Assembly (NCBI GenBank): GCA_951406725.2
Contig: OX597819.1
Coordinates: forward strand, 42,904,001-42,968,000
DNA: 64,000 nucleotides
Direction: 5' to 3'
Source of the DNA: Octopus vulgaris
Lineage: Eukaryota
The notes below the pieces were generated by a model that was given only the letters and a program-made list of their open reading frames with translations, was not told the origin of the DNA and searched no databases. Positions 40,851-54,680 of this stretch are shown one piece after another (the first letter of the stretch is position 1; each line of letters opens with the position of its first letter). The translations under genes were made by a program, and so were the position numbers.

Positions 40851-41465
40851 TTTTACTCTATGAACAAGGCCTGAAATATTTGAGGAAGGGGCCAGTCAAT
40901 TAGATTGACCCCAGTACACAACTGGTAGTTAATTTATCAACCCTGAAAGGATGAAAGGCAAAGTCGACCTCGGTGGGATTTGAACTCAGAATGTAAAAGA
41001 CAGATGAAATACCGCTAAGCATTTTGCCTGGTGTGCTAACGTTTCTGCCAGCTCGCAACCATCCAACTTTCATTTATTGGCTTATTCAATCAACTGATAT
41101 TTCATTCTCAATGAAAAACTTGCCAATACCAATACCAAACAAGAAAGCCTTCCCTAAAGTTTTATTACAGAAAACCGAAAAGTTCATCAAGAAAACACAC
41201 TGGTACAAGACCTTGTGGGGGAAACTTGAAGTTACAATCAACTTGAGCCTTACAATAAATTTTGACTCAATTCTCAATATTGAGTCGCTCGTAGGTGGTG
41301 AGCTGGCAGAATCATTTTCATGCCAAGTAAAAGGCTTAGTGGCATTTTGTCTGGCTTTACATCCTTTCAGACTTGATAAAATAAATACCAGTTGAGCACT
41401 GGGGTCGATGTAATCAACCACCTCTCCCAAAATTGATGGCCTTGTGCCAAAATTTGAAACCAATA
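40851..41465. mobile_element. Divergent pair of family B SINEs (40851-41056 minus, 41293-41465 plus)
   Basis: Both carry the B head gagctggcagaa and core. They are about 240 bp apart in opposite orientation. Confidence 0.8.
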
Positions 41466-43173
41466 TTAAATCACTCTATCAGCGAAAAAATTCCATAGTT
41501 TTTGTTTTTTTTAAAATTAGGTTTAAAATAATACTTTTAATTTAACATTTATATTAAATACATCTAAATTCTTGATGATTTTTGCAATTAGTTAAATCAC
41601 ATAGGCGGTATATTTGATTAAATGTACTTTGAAGATAAAGGATTAAACTATGTTGATTCCATAATTTAGTGTCATATTGAAGAGATTATAAAAGAGAGAA
41701 ACGATACATAGACATGAAAGACTTATGAAAAGTAATTGTACTTGTTACCACTTTTAATGGTGGATTTGAAATTCATTATCTGAAACGGTTATTAACATAG
41801 AAAGTTATCAACTATTCAAAGAATGTAAACTAGATTGACTTGCCAAAATCAACTATTCTTAGATATAGCAAATAGCAGAAAACTCTAAGAAAACACACAC
41901 ACATACAGAGTCTTTCTTTGTAAGGAACATTGAGCCATAAAGAGAAATAGAAGCAGTAGTTAATTGGTATTCAGAAAGGAATTAATCAAAGACACAATGA
42001 AAACCAGTTTAAAGCATGAAACAGCTATTATAGTAAAGAAGAGAGAGAAAGGGACAAACAATGCCGATTATTCAGTATCTGAAGAACTGTTGTATCTTTC
42101 TTTCTAAGGTAAACTCCTCAATGGAAAAAGTCTTTCAAAAAGGCCATGTGCTTTATTTACAGGCGGTGAACATGTAAATTCTAATAAACTGTTTGAACAG
42201 AGACAACTGTACACACCTAAGTTCAAATACACAGCAATGCATATTCAATGTTAAGTCGGTAACACCTGCGGCTATTTAGTCTCTGTACACAAATGCAGTT
42301 ATCCAGTGAGTAACTAGTAATTACCGAGAGCTTAATACCACCTACAGACAAAAGTTATCAACTAGAATATAAAAGTGAAGCAAACTACACACACACACAC
42401 ACACATTTACTGCCAACACCACCACTACCAGCGATAGGTCATGTGTTTTACTGTGTTTACATATAAACACAAGCAAAATGTTAAAAGACTAATAGGAATT
42501 GAAAACAAATTCACACTGAAGTAAAATAATTGTCATTTTGATGAAACACAGAACACAAACAAAATGTTGCCATTTGAGGATTATCCAGGTGTTTTGCAAC
42601 CAATTTTAATAGATTAGGGAACGCATTTCTAAAAACTAGACCAAGGAAGAAGATCTAAGAAGAAATGGTTGAAGTAATTGCAAAACAGATTTAAAAAATG
42701 ATAATGGTTTGAGGAAACTAAATAAGGGTGGGTTTGTTTTCTTTTGTTTTTTTTTGTATATAATGGCCTTTTGGGTTTTTTTTTGTTGAAGATGGGATTC
42801 TAGTGATTAACTGATAAGGAGCTGATATGTAAAGGTGATTTGTGTGATTGTGGTGGAATTTTAAAACTCAGAAGTGATAAACTTTTAAAGAGTTCATGGA
42901 GTGCAGGTTCAAGTTTGCTTGGCTTGCCATGTTATTTGATTAGCATCATCAACTTCTTCATTTTAAAGTCCAGTTTCCCATGCTTGCATGGGTTGCATGG
43001 AATTTATTGAGGCAGAATTTTCTATGGTTGGATGCGCTTCCTGTCACCAACCAAACATACATGGAAAGGGATGGCACTGCCTGTACGAGACAGTGATACT
43101 CATTTACAACTAACTACCGCATGATTCAAGACAAGGAGACACAAACATATACATACACATGTGTGTACACACA

Positions 43174-43567
43174 CTCTTTTACTTGTTTCAGTCATTTGAC
43201 TGTGGCCATGCTGGAGCACCACCTTTTTTTTAGTCAAGCAAATCGGCCTCAGGACTTATTCTTTGTAAGCCTAGTACTTATTCTATTGGTTTCTTTTGCC
43301 GAACCACTAAGTTACGGGGGACGTAAACACACCAGCATCGGTTGTCAAGCGATGTTCGGGGGACAAATACAGACACACAAACATATACACACACACATAT
43401 ACATACAATGGGCTTCTTTCAGTTTCTGCCTACCAAATCCACTCACAAGGCTTTGGTCGGCCCGAGGCTATAATAGAAGACACTTGCCCAAAGTGCCACA
43501 CAGTGGGACTGAACCCGGAACCATGTGGTTCGTAAGCAAGCTACTTACCACACAGCCACTCCTACGC
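43174..43567 (-). mobile_element. Young SINE A followed by a partial head copy (to about 43694)
   Basis: Close reverse complement of 39195-39593. Source of ORF 43121..43606. Confidence 0.92.
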
Positions 43568-44204
43568 GACAGGCTTTTTACAGTTTCTGTTTACCAAATT
43601 CACTGACAAAAGCTTTAGTTGGCCTGGGGCTATAGTAGAAGGTATGTAGCTGTGAAATGAACTTCTTGACCACACAGCCATGCCTTGCACCTATGGCTTA
43701 TATATACATGTATGTATATATATATATATATTTAGTGAAGGGAAGAAATGGAGCTGAACGAAGATTCTACACTAAATATATTAAACTTCAATTATCCGCA
43801 CTAAGGCACGGTTGCGACACCCCAAGGTCGTAACTCCAACCGTGTTTTTTTCTGTTGAGATTTTTGCTACCCAGGTATCGGTTAAATTTTGAATAATCCT
43901 TAACAAGATAATTCATTTATCCATTTCAATAAATATATATATATATATATATATATTTTATGTATTAATTAAGGCAGTAAAAGTGAATTTTGTGAAATTT
44001 TGCTGGGAGTGAGGAGACAGGGCAGAGTGACCACAGCCTTTTGATGGTAGGATAACAGATACTGTCACATATCTCAACAGTAAATCAACATCCGCTAAAT
44101 GGAAAAGACAACCTTTTATTAAGACAATCAAAAATGTCGAAAGTGACCCCTGTAATTTCAGCAGGATTTACAACAGTGATAAATTCACACCCTACAATTA
44201 TATA

Positions 44205-44243
<39 letters not shown>

Positions 44244-44646
44244 GGCAGTAATACAGAGAGAACTACGACTCAGGATGTTAATAGCTAAGCATAAGCTAAG
44301 CATAAATCATAGTTAATTATTCAAGAAACGATTATTACATGATTTTACTAAGGCCTTTTAGTTAATATTTAGGAACCCTTTTGCTGGGTGAAATATATAT
44401 ATATATACAGATAGATATAGATATACAATCAGAATATAGACAGGGAAAAGAATATACAAAAATATGAAACACAAAACAAAATAAAAAAAAAGCATACATT
44501 AAATGAAAAAAGCAAAACTAATGAGCCTTATTGTGTTAGAGAAAGGTAATGGCTTGGAAAGATTCTTATCTGCCAGTTGATCAAAACAAGGAGATTGTTA
44601 ATCTGATTGTTGTGTTAATATGTGGAATAATTAGTATGACCTCAGT

Positions 44647-44682
<36 letters not shown>

Positions 44683-45058
44683 TATATATATATATATATA
44701 TAGTGTTTCCTTCCACTCCCACTTGATTGCTGCCTACATGAATGGAGGGAGAGAGAAGAAAAAAAAAAACTCCAGCAGTTGTTGAAATACTGAAAATGTA
44801 TAAAGAAAACTCACCACCATTGGTGATTATTTAACCACCAGACAAGATTAGAGAAGGAAGATACTACTAATGTAAACATACAAGCTGCTGCTGCTGCTAA
44901 TAATAATAATAATGATAATAATAATAACTGAACATGAAGCAAACAAGCCAACTAATCTAAGTGCCTTTTGTCTAGCCATGTTGTTCCGAAGGAAAAAAAA
45001 CGCTGCCTAATTCAAGCTATCAAAGCAGTTTATCTACTGCAATAAAACTGAGACTTAC

Positions 45059-45165
45059 CAAACTAGCTGGAACTGAAGCCCCATTGGGATAAGGATAAGG
45101 TGAAACAACATAGCCAGGAATTGGTCCGATCCCTCGATCTGCAGGATGTTGTGACACAACCTTAT
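45059..45165 (-). CDS. TCF7L2: Internal coding exon of a TCF/LEF (pangolin) transcription factor, equivalent to vertebrate TCF7L2 exon 3
   Basis: Minus strand: pyrimidine tract and acceptor ttcttcttctttccttgcag|AT AAG GTT..., donor AGT TTG|gtaagt. 107 nt, open frame xKVVSQHPADRGIGPIPGYVVSPYPYPNGASVPASL. GYxxSPYxYxNG resembles protostome pangolin and TCF7L2 (GYPFIMIPDLTSPYLPNGSL), and the phase 1 start and phase 0 end match TCF7L2 exon 3. Exon status is strong; gene identity rests on one short motif. The symbol denotes the invertebrate TCF/LEF family gene. Confidence 0.75.
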
Positions 45166-48100
45166 CTGCAAGGAAAGAAGAAGAAAAAATATTATTATGC
45201 ATTTATCTCATTGAAAACGAAAATACGAAAAAGATGCAATTTTCTTTCTTTTTTTTTTTTCTCTCCCAATCACTCGATACATTTTAAAACCATTCTTATA
45301 GACATTTCTTTCACAATCTGACCAAGATGTCATTATGCTTTAAAGATTTCTTCCATTTCCCAAGAGATACATAACACTCTTTATGCTTGGTAAAATATCA
45401 CAGATAATTATCGTTGTTTGTTAGCTTCTGACACTCTCTCTTTCTAGAATCCAGCAGCCATAGAAAGGGAAACAAAACAAAAAAAACCAAAGATTATTTT
45501 CAAATATTTACAACAGATGAAATTCATATGAAATGAAGAGACAGCATTGATTTTTTAGAAAGTAAAAATCACTCCTCCACTCTCCTACCTATTTTATACT
45601 TGAAACCAATGAATCCACTTCAAATTTATATCAAAATAAACTTGTGTGTGGAAATGAATGTGTGTAAATACTTTAGGAATGATAATGATAAAACTACTGA
45701 TCATTATCATTATTATTATTAATATTAAATATTTTCAATTAAGTACAAAAGCAAGTTTCTGTAAGGGAGGTGAAAAGCTTAATTGATTTGGTTATTCCAA
45801 AAATATTACTGATTCCTATTGATAAGGAATTAAACAGTGCAATGTCAAATATGTTAAAATTAAAAAAGTTATTTGTTAGAGTATCCCCACCCTGTGCCAG
45901 AAACGTTTCAAACTGGCTCTGTTACTAAAACCTGGAACCACATTAGAACTTGTCAGGAGCCCAGTCATTGCTAAATGAGAATACATAGGAAGTGAAGCAA
46001 TTTGCTAGGTCAAATCTTTTCATGTTTACAACTACTTCTACATCTTCTGCTGTTTAGGCGTGACCACGTATTAGCACAGATATGCATGGGCCTGGTTGAA
46101 GTTTTCTAACGAAGACTAACACTTGCCATACATGCAAGTTATTCCTCTGCACATTACTAATGTTTAACCAAGAGAACGAACTGGTACCTTAGGACCAATG
46201 CAGCTTGGCAGCAATTTCATCACAGACATTGCTGTTAGAATACAAAGAACTAGGAAAGTTACTACACGCTATCCTGCCTGACACTAATACTTCTGCCAAT
46301 CCAATGACCTGGATTGGTGTTGTTTTGCTGACTTTGGAAGGATAAAAGGTTATGTTGACCGTAACAGGATTTGAAATCAGAATTCAGAGAGTTGGAAAAA
46401 TATGGCAAGACATCTGTTCAATCCAACAACTTGAAATGACTCTACCAATTCATCACCTTACAACTAGCTAATAAAGTGGATCAAATGAATTCGATCGACC
46501 ATTTGATCAAGGCTTTTGCACATCACCCTTGATCCGGCTATCATATGGCCAGGAAACATGGTAGTGCATGTTCTGAATCTTACTTGTGATTACAAGATAG
46601 AGGAGCAGAGAACAAAAGGGAAGAGAACACAGATCTAGCTAGCTTTCAGCTGAATATTGCTCAAGGAAGACAGAACAGAAAACTGATATGATACGAGTGA
46701 GCTTTCTTGATTGAGAATTGAATATTTGCTAATGGTTAAAAATCTTTCACAAACTTTTTCAGCAATATATGTATGTAGTTAAATCAGGTGAGTTAAAACC
46801 ACCTCAATTAAGCTTTAATAAAGATGAAAAAAAAAAAAAAAAAAAAGGAAAGGGGGAAAAAACACAGAAAAAAAGCTGCTAAGCTAGAAAACATTATATT
46901 GATAGGCTTCCATTAAGTGAAAGCATAAGTAATGTTATGAGATGTTTGATGGATTTGGGGATAGGAAAAGAAAGTAACTGCGATACTATAGAATCAAATC
47001 AACACACACAAAGTAAGAGAGATATATATATACAGGGATGCTATTTGAGATGAGATATACCTAATATAGGCAAGAAAGCGAGAATAAGCATTTAAATTTA
47101 TACTTTTCTGGATAGCCCTTGCTTTCTCACCAAAGTGAAATGCCTTAACAAGTACGGATACACACAGACATACACACTTTCTCTCTCAAACATACATCCA
47201 TGTATATACATGTGTATGCATGTGTGTATGTTTGCGTGTAAGAAGAAAGCTATGAAAAGTAAAACGAAATACAAACAAATTAGCTTTTTTTTTTTGCCTA
47301 TGGTTTAGTTTATTTATTTATTATTATTATTATTTTTTTTACTGACTTCAATAATATTCTTAGAAACTATTTCCTAAAAGTTCAACAAGTTACAGAAATT
47401 GTTTAATTTTAGAGAAATGTCAAAGGTCTAGTATCAACAGAGGAAAGATGATACTCATAGTTTCCAAACAGATATATATGTGTGTCTATATGGCTTTGAC
47501 AAAATGCCTCTGATAAACGAGTCAACATCAAACTGTAACAGATCTTTAGTGCAAGATGCTTCATTTTATATATTTATTACAAGTACAGTCAATAGGTTGA
47601 TAGTTGAGAGAAAGAGAGAGAGAAAGACAGACTGATAAAGAGAAAGAGAGAGACAGACAGACAGACAGAGAGAAAAGGAAAACAAACCTGTTTTAGAGAC
47701 CCCCACCAACTATTCACCTCATCACCCGTTACATATTTATTCATCAGAATTTAGCCTCTTCTATCACTAAAGAAGGACGAGGTAATGAAGAAACTAGCAA
47801 AAAAACTCTTTAAAGTCAATAGTATTATTTAAAATTTTTTTTGTTTTGTTTAAATCCTTTTCTTTTTTTTTCTTTTTTAGATGGGTTGTTATTGCTATGT
47901 TGAATCAAAGCGGGGATTTAAGTCAGATTATTTAGCATTCTTTAGTTGCACTTGTTTGACAAGTGCTTTCATCGGAGTAGATCGTGTGTTGGAAACTTAA
48001 AACAATTGCATCTTGCTAGAGCCATATTAGTCATTTCAAAAATATATGCTAATATATTTATTAGTGTTATTATTACCATGATTATCATTATTATTATTAT

Positions 48101-48240
48101 TATTATTATTATGTGACAATCGGACCATAGTGTACAATGAAAGACCTTGATACAGTTTATATATACACACACACACACATACTATTACCATAAAATAAAC
48201 ATCATGCATAAATACACACATTTTTACTTGTGTGTGTGTG

Positions 48241-48271
<31 letters not shown>

Positions 48272-48814
48272 AGCATTACTGCTAAACACTGAGCAATGTT
48301 ACAATGCTAACAGCTTAGAGTGGTAAACCACTAAACCAATGTATATATTTTGGACTGAGTAGACAATCCTAGCTTGCTAAATACAGTTGAAACCAAGATA
48401 CTTTGATCGCAATTGAGGATATCACCGTATTTGGTAATGACTGGAGCAAGTGTCAGCATGGTCTTCCTGGCCAATGCTTGCTCAAAGCAGAAATGAGAGG
48501 AACACTGTTCATTACACCAATTTCAATCAACTTAAAAGAAAGTAGGTATCCCCTTCTAATACTGCCAAACTGAAACAAGTTACCATTATGAAAAGTTTCT
48601 GAGATTCTTGAGTGCTAAATAATGGCTTCAAATTTAGGCTGGCAATTTCAGGAGAGTAAGTTAGTCAATTACATTGCTCCCCATGCTCAACTGGTACTTA
48701 TTTTATTGACCCCGAAAGGATGAAGGGTATTGGCAGAATTTGAATTCAGAATGTAAGGGCAGACGAAATGCAACCAAGCGTCTTGCCTGGCACGTCATCC
48801 AGCCATTAAATATT

Positions 48815-49214
48815 CTTTTCTACTCTAGGCACAAGGCCCAAAATTTTGGGGGAGTGGGGGGCAGTTGATTAGATCGACTCCAGTACAGAACTGGTACTTA
48901 ATTTATCGACCCCGAAAAGATGAAAGACAAAGTCGACCTCGGTGGAATTTGAACTCAGAATGTAAAGACAGATGAAATACCTATTTCTTTATTGCCCACA
49001 AGGGGCTACACACAGAGGGGACAAACAAGGAAAGACAAATGGATTAAGTCGATTATATTGACCCCAGTGCGTAACTGCTACTTATTTAATTGACCCCCGA
49101 AAGGATGAAAGGCAAAGTTGACCTCGGCGGAATTTGAACTCAGAATGTAGCAGCAAATGAAAGACCGCTAAGCATTTCGCCCGGCATGCTAATATTTCTG
49201 CCAGCTCACCATCT
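48815..49214 (-). mobile_element. Dimeric or self-nested family B SINE with TSD
   Basis: Flanked by tccagccattaaatatt (48798-48814) and tccagccattgaatatt (49215-49231). Two B cores with different tails. An older B copy sits at about 48622-48797. Confidence 0.85.
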
Positions 49215-49499
49215 TCCAGCCATTGAATATTAGCACAAAAAAAAAAAAAAATCACTTTTTTTTTTTTGAGTCATGCAATTTATGGACTATCCCTCAGAGC
49301 TGTATTTCTACAGATGTCTGAAAGAAAGAACCCTTTGAGATTTTGTTGTTGGCACTGTTACTGTTGTATTTGTTGTGGTTTAGCCTGAAGTTATGTCTAT
49401 CCTCTCCTTCTCTCATGGAAATCTTATTTAGGACTACGTTATCCAAAATATTCCTCAAGATTTACTCTGACAATCATTCTCATCCAACTGTTCTCCAAC

Positions 49500-49810
49500 C
49501 TTAAGTAGCATGCCCCTGAGAGTAGGTCCATTCACACAGGCCTTTCTTACACATTGTAACCCATCTTTCTGAAAATTTAGTGGGGACAGCATTTCTCTCT
49601 CTGCTCTTAGTTTCCACGCTAAATGGAACTTGAATAATTTTATGTAGGCTTGACCAGAGAAGAAAGCATCTGACCCAAGTCTTTTCGATCTTATCCACTG
49701 CTTCCCACCTTATGCTATAGCCACTAGACAAAGGAATATGGTCTGGGAATATTGCAGGAGAATATGAGGCAATGGACTTGGCAGCTGTTCGCCATAACTA
49801 TGCAAGACGG
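49500..49810 (-). mobile_element. Degraded 3' end of an L1/Tx1-like LINE ORF2
   Basis: Broken frames give IFLCLVAIA..EAV..R...FFSGQAYIKLFKFHLAWKLRAEREMLS...KFSERW, resembling the AKxxIWxxR...FxxRW C-terminus of the L1/Tx1 clade. Confidence 0.45.
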
Positions 49811-51550
49811 CAACAGCCAATAATACTATATTAAATATAAGAATCAGGTAAACATGTTTAAATAAAATGACGGAGTTGCTCCAACCAGAAGATACTTCTT
49901 CTCTTCTTGGCACATCAACATAACACAAATTCGATGTTTTTTTGTCAATTTGTCTCTCCACAAAGTAGAGTTCTTCTTTTCCACCTTCTCCATATAGATA
50001 TCACAAAGGAAACTTTCTATTACAATTTTAATCAAGTGTTGGTGATATTCCATTTCACCAGGGTTTTTTCAGTTTGAATATTTTCTTTTTTTTTTTTTAG
50101 TTTCATCCCCACAATTCTTGGAATAGAATTGCAAAAGATAAGTATCCACCCACCATTTTTTTAAAAATCATCTGTTATGGCATTCTATCCAGCTATTTCA
50201 CAACAAAAGAGAAATTGTGTCATGTTATTATTTGTTAGTTTATTTTTGTGAATCTTGAACTAAAGTAAATCTTTGACCACCCCCACTATAAAAAAAATCA
50301 AAAATCAAAAAATAGGGCTAAAATAGGAGAGCTCAATGTTTTAAGAAGGAAAGAAAATACTTTGCTTTTTCTTTTTTGGTAAAGAAGAAAGAGAGGATAT
50401 CACAGAGAGAGAGAGAGATCATTAAATTCTTGAGATCATATATATTTATTATTGATAATTTACAAGTTGGACATGTTCCAAGTTTTGCACTTTATAAATT
50501 GGCAAATATTTTAGACACAAATGTACTATAAAATGAATAAAACAACACATTCATAGTCAGATCTTTCATTTTGAAAGATATCATTTACTTTGAGCCAAAA
50601 AAAAGCTGAGTAAAAACAGTGGAATAAATAATATATTTGAGACATTTTCTCATGATGTTGACCAAATCAGGCTGGTTCAAGCAATGTTTGAAAAGTTATA
50701 TGTGTAAATGTTTGTGACACTAAGCAACAGCAGGACAGTATAGCAAGAACTTGGCTAATCAATTGTAATAAAAGTTTTTTCCAAGTAAATTTATGACCTA
50801 TCATATCTGAAGTGTGTGATCAATGAGAGAGTGCATTATGATGAACAAACGATAGGTGGCGAAATACAGAAAAAAGGCACATTGCACTGAATTACCTGTT
50901 TGGTTTGAGAGTGCAGAAAGCTGACCCATACTGATTCACTATGATGGAACCCCAGTTAATGAGATAGATAAAACATAAAATCTGCACCAGCAGAACATGA
51001 TCAGACACAAAGAAAAGAAGAAAAAAAAAAACAAAACAAAAAAACTGTAAAAAGTTGTTAATAGGATAAATTACAAAAATAAAATAAATTTAAAAAAAAC
51101 GAAACCAAAAACAAAAAAAAAAACGTCTTTGGCAAAATTAGGGTAAAATGCTATATTCAACACAATGAGTGATGGATTTCATCAGGTATAAATACAAAAG
51201 ATATAACGAATAACAAAGGAAAAGGTGATGATGCTAGCAGGGTAGTTGTATCATAAATACTTGTGAAAAAGCCTGCTTTTGGACTTAATTCATAGCAATT
51301 GCATAGCTGTCAAAGTATCATTGAATTGTGCAGACAATAACAAGCGATAGTCAGTGTATTGTTATAAGCAAAAATTTATTGATGTCTCTTTGAAAGCAAT
51401 TCAATGAAATGTCCTCAGTAACTGGCTAAGACACTTATGGTTCTTTATCTGAGTAGCAATTATTTCATCTATCAGATAAATGAGATGAGTACACTAAACA
51501 AGAATATACATACACACATACTTACAAGTACGTGCGCGCATGTGTGTATA

Positions 51551-51584
<34 letters not shown>

Positions 51585-51696
51585 ACTAATCTATTTATAT
51601 CTTGCAAATACCTGTCTATATAGTACATATATTTGTGTATTGTATTTTATATACATATATGCATATAAAACATATCTATCTATCTATCTATATATA

Positions 51697-52083
51697 CTCT
51701 TTACTCTTTTACTTGTTTCAGTCATTTTGACTGCGGCCATGCTGGAGCACCGCCTTTAGTCGAGCAAATCGACCCCGGGACTTATTCTTTGTACGCCTAG
51801 TACTTATTCTATCGGTCTCTTTTGCTGAACCGCTAAGTGACGGGGATGTAAACACACCAGCATCGGTTGTCAAGCAATGTTAGGGGGACAAACACAGACA
51901 CACAAATACATACATATATATATATATACATATATACGACAGGCTTCTTTCAGTTTCCGTCTACCAAATCCACTCACAAGGCATTGGTTGGCCCAGGGCT
52001 ATAGCAGAAGACACTTGCCCAAGATGCCATGCAGTGGGACTGAACCAGGAACCATGGGGTTGGTTAGCAAGCTACTTACCACA
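51697..52083 (-). mobile_element. Young SINE A
   Basis: Near-identical reverse complement of 39195-39593, with a (CTCTTTTA)2 tail. Confidence 0.92.
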
Positions 52084-52093
52084 CTGTATATAC

Positions 52094-52910
52094 ACCATTT
52101 TATATTTCTAATTTCGTGCACTTGCATTGTTGGCTTTTGCTTTTGTTGACTACACAGTATGGTAGGGTCAGTTGGGCAGTGACAGTAAGAAAAACAGCAC
52201 CATGACGGGATTCACTCTGCTAGAAATTTGGAAATGACATACTGTAATGCTTGGCATTTGAGTCAGAAGCTCCAATACGAACATTACAGAGTGTTTGGGT
52301 ATCAATCTGAGGACATGTACCGAGAGTTGTAAAGATCAAACATCCAGTCAACATCATGGTGTTTGGAGTGATGCATCCATTCATCATCCCACATGGCCTC
52401 AGACTCATCACAGAGGCCTACATCAAATGTGTAGAGGAGGTAGTGCTGCTCTAGGTCAAGAGGGTGGCTGCTGGAAGACCCTATGTCTGGCAGCAGGACT
52501 CTGCTGTCATGCCACAAACAAGCAGGAGAACCCAGTCATGGCTGTCAGACAATTTCTGCGACCACATCACTCCTAACATCTGACCACCTAACTCCTCAGA
52601 CTGCAACCCCCTTAGGTTGCAGTTGAGCAAGAGACCAACAAAACTCTTTGTAACAGCAAAGATGAACTGAAGGCAAGAATTATGGCAGCATTCACCAACT
52701 TAAAAACGAAACCGTGTAGAAGAGTTACAGGAGATTCTAAAGTTGTCTGGAGGCCACGGTTGAAGCTAATGACAATTTTATTGAATAAATTTACTCTTTT
52801 GTATTTCAAGGTATTTTTATGAAATTTTGGTAATATATCTGTTAAAATGAGACGTCAGTGTTATTTTCATTTTTATGTAATTTAGACGACAATTTATTCA
52901 CTGCACCCTA
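52094..52910 (+). mobile_element. Tc1/mariner-superfamily transposon remnant (maT/DD37D-like), internally deleted pseudogene
   Basis: Broken frames: KHPVNIMVFGV, PFIIPHGLRL..EAYIKCVEEVV, GRPYVWQQDSA, TQSWLSDNFCDHITPNI*PPNSSDCNPL, KDELKARIMAAF, LEATVEANDNFIE*. Right end ...ctgcacccta runs into (TA)n. The left TIR was not found and the third catalytic residue is deleted, so the family call is tentative. Confidence 0.85.
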
Positions 52911-52954
52911 TATATATATATATATATATGTCTAAAATATACACATATTATATA

Positions 52955-54112
52955 TCTTTTATCTTTGACTAGTTTCAGTTGACTGTGGCTATGCTGGGGC
53001 ATCACTTCGAGGAATTTTTAGTAGAATGAATCAACCCCAGAACTTATTCTTTTAAGCCTGGTACTTATTCTTGAAGTCTCTTTTACTGAACCGTTTAGTT
53101 ACAAGGACAGAAACACACTAACACCGGTTGCCATGTGGTGATGGGGAGGGGTAAAATACACTGACACACACACATATATATACATGATGAACTTCTTTCA
53201 GTTTCTGTCTCACAAATCCACCCACAAGGGTTTGGTTGGCCTGAGACTAGAGTAGAAGACACTTGCCCAAGGTGTCACGCAGTGGGACTGAACCTGGAAT
53301 CATGTGGTTGGGAAGGAAGCTCCTTACCACACAACCATGACTACATATATGTATATATTTTACATATATGTATTGTGATTCACACACATATACACTGTAG
53401 ACATTATATATGCATGTATGTCACATCTCACACAAGTATATATGCATATAGGCAAAAATAGCACAAATGGAATGAGGCGAGTAAACGAAGGACAGTTGAA
53501 CATGAGAGGTTACAGCTGGTAGACAGAAGCTCAAAAATCAGGAGACAAACTATAAATAGGTATTTAGAAAAAAGCATAAAAAGTTGTGCAAGAGTGAATT
53601 GTATGCCTTAAAAGGAGAAAAAAGATGAAAGAGACAAACCCTTAATCAAAGGGTTCATGTGTACCGTTAATTAAAGTATCAAAGGAGAGTCAGAAAGACA
53701 TAGGTGCAGGCGTGGCTGTGTGCAAGAAGCTTGCTTCCCAGCCACATTGGTTCCAGGTTCAGTCCCACTGTGTAGCACCTTGGGCAAGTACCTTCTACTA
53801 AAGCCTCAGGCTAATCAAAGCCTTGTAAGTGGATTTGGTAGACGGAAACTGAAAGAAGCCTGTTGTGTGTGTGTGTGTGTGTATACATACACACACACCC
53901 ACACTTATATGTATGTGTGTCTGTGTGCGCCACCTCCCATCACTTGACAACCGATGTTGGTGTGTTTAGGGCCCTATAACTTAGCAGTTCGGCAAAAGAG
54001 ACCGATGGAATAAGTACTAGGCTTACAAAGAATAAGTCCTGGGGGTCGATTTCTTCAACTAATTGTGGTGCTCCAGCATGGCTACCGTCAAATGACTGAA
54101 ACAAATAAAAGA
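52955..54112. mobile_element. Divergent pair of SINE A copies (52955-53345 minus, 53703-54112 plus)
   Basis: Both near full length, heads about 360 bp apart. Confidence 0.88.
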
Positions 54113-54405
54113 ACCACGTGTATTTTTATTGACAATTTTTCTATAATGGCATTGATAATAAGATAATAAGAATGCATTATGGAGATATTGTTTTACAGCT
54201 GGAAGCTTTTCCTGTCACTAACCCATACCTGTTCTCCAAGTAAAGGATCTCTTTTTCTATACATCTAAGGTGCGAAGCAACTTTTCTAGACCTCAAATGT
54301 AAACAAAGATACACACATGGATGGATGGACACACATCAAGCTTCTTTGAGCTTCTTCCACAAATGATATATTTCTTTTACACACACATCTATATTGGTCT
54401 TTATG

Positions 54406-54680
54406 TGCAGGTGGCACGTAAAAAACACCATTTGAGCGTGGCTGTTGCCAGTACCGCCTGACTGGTCCTCGTGCCGGTGGCACGTAAATGCACACACTAC
54501 ACTCTCGGAGTGGTTGGCGTTAGGAAGGGCATCCAGCTGTAGAAACTCTGCCAGATCAGACTGGAGCCTGGTGCAGCCATCTAGTTCGCCAGTCCTCAAG
54601 TCAAATCGTCCAACCCATGCTAGCATGGAAAGCGGATGTTAAACGATGATGATGGTGGTGGTGGTGATGATGATGATGAT
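54406..54680 (+). mobile_element. Family C element with (GAT)n tail
   Basis: Internal repeat ggtggcacgtaaa twice. Body matches 5627-5830 and 16206-16462. Confidence 0.88.

Noticed and set aside
43121-43606. 161-aa ORF with similar ORFs elsewhere (YSRRHLPK..SGTEPGTM)
   Set aside because: Antisense translation of SINE A. The recurrence reflects repeat copies.
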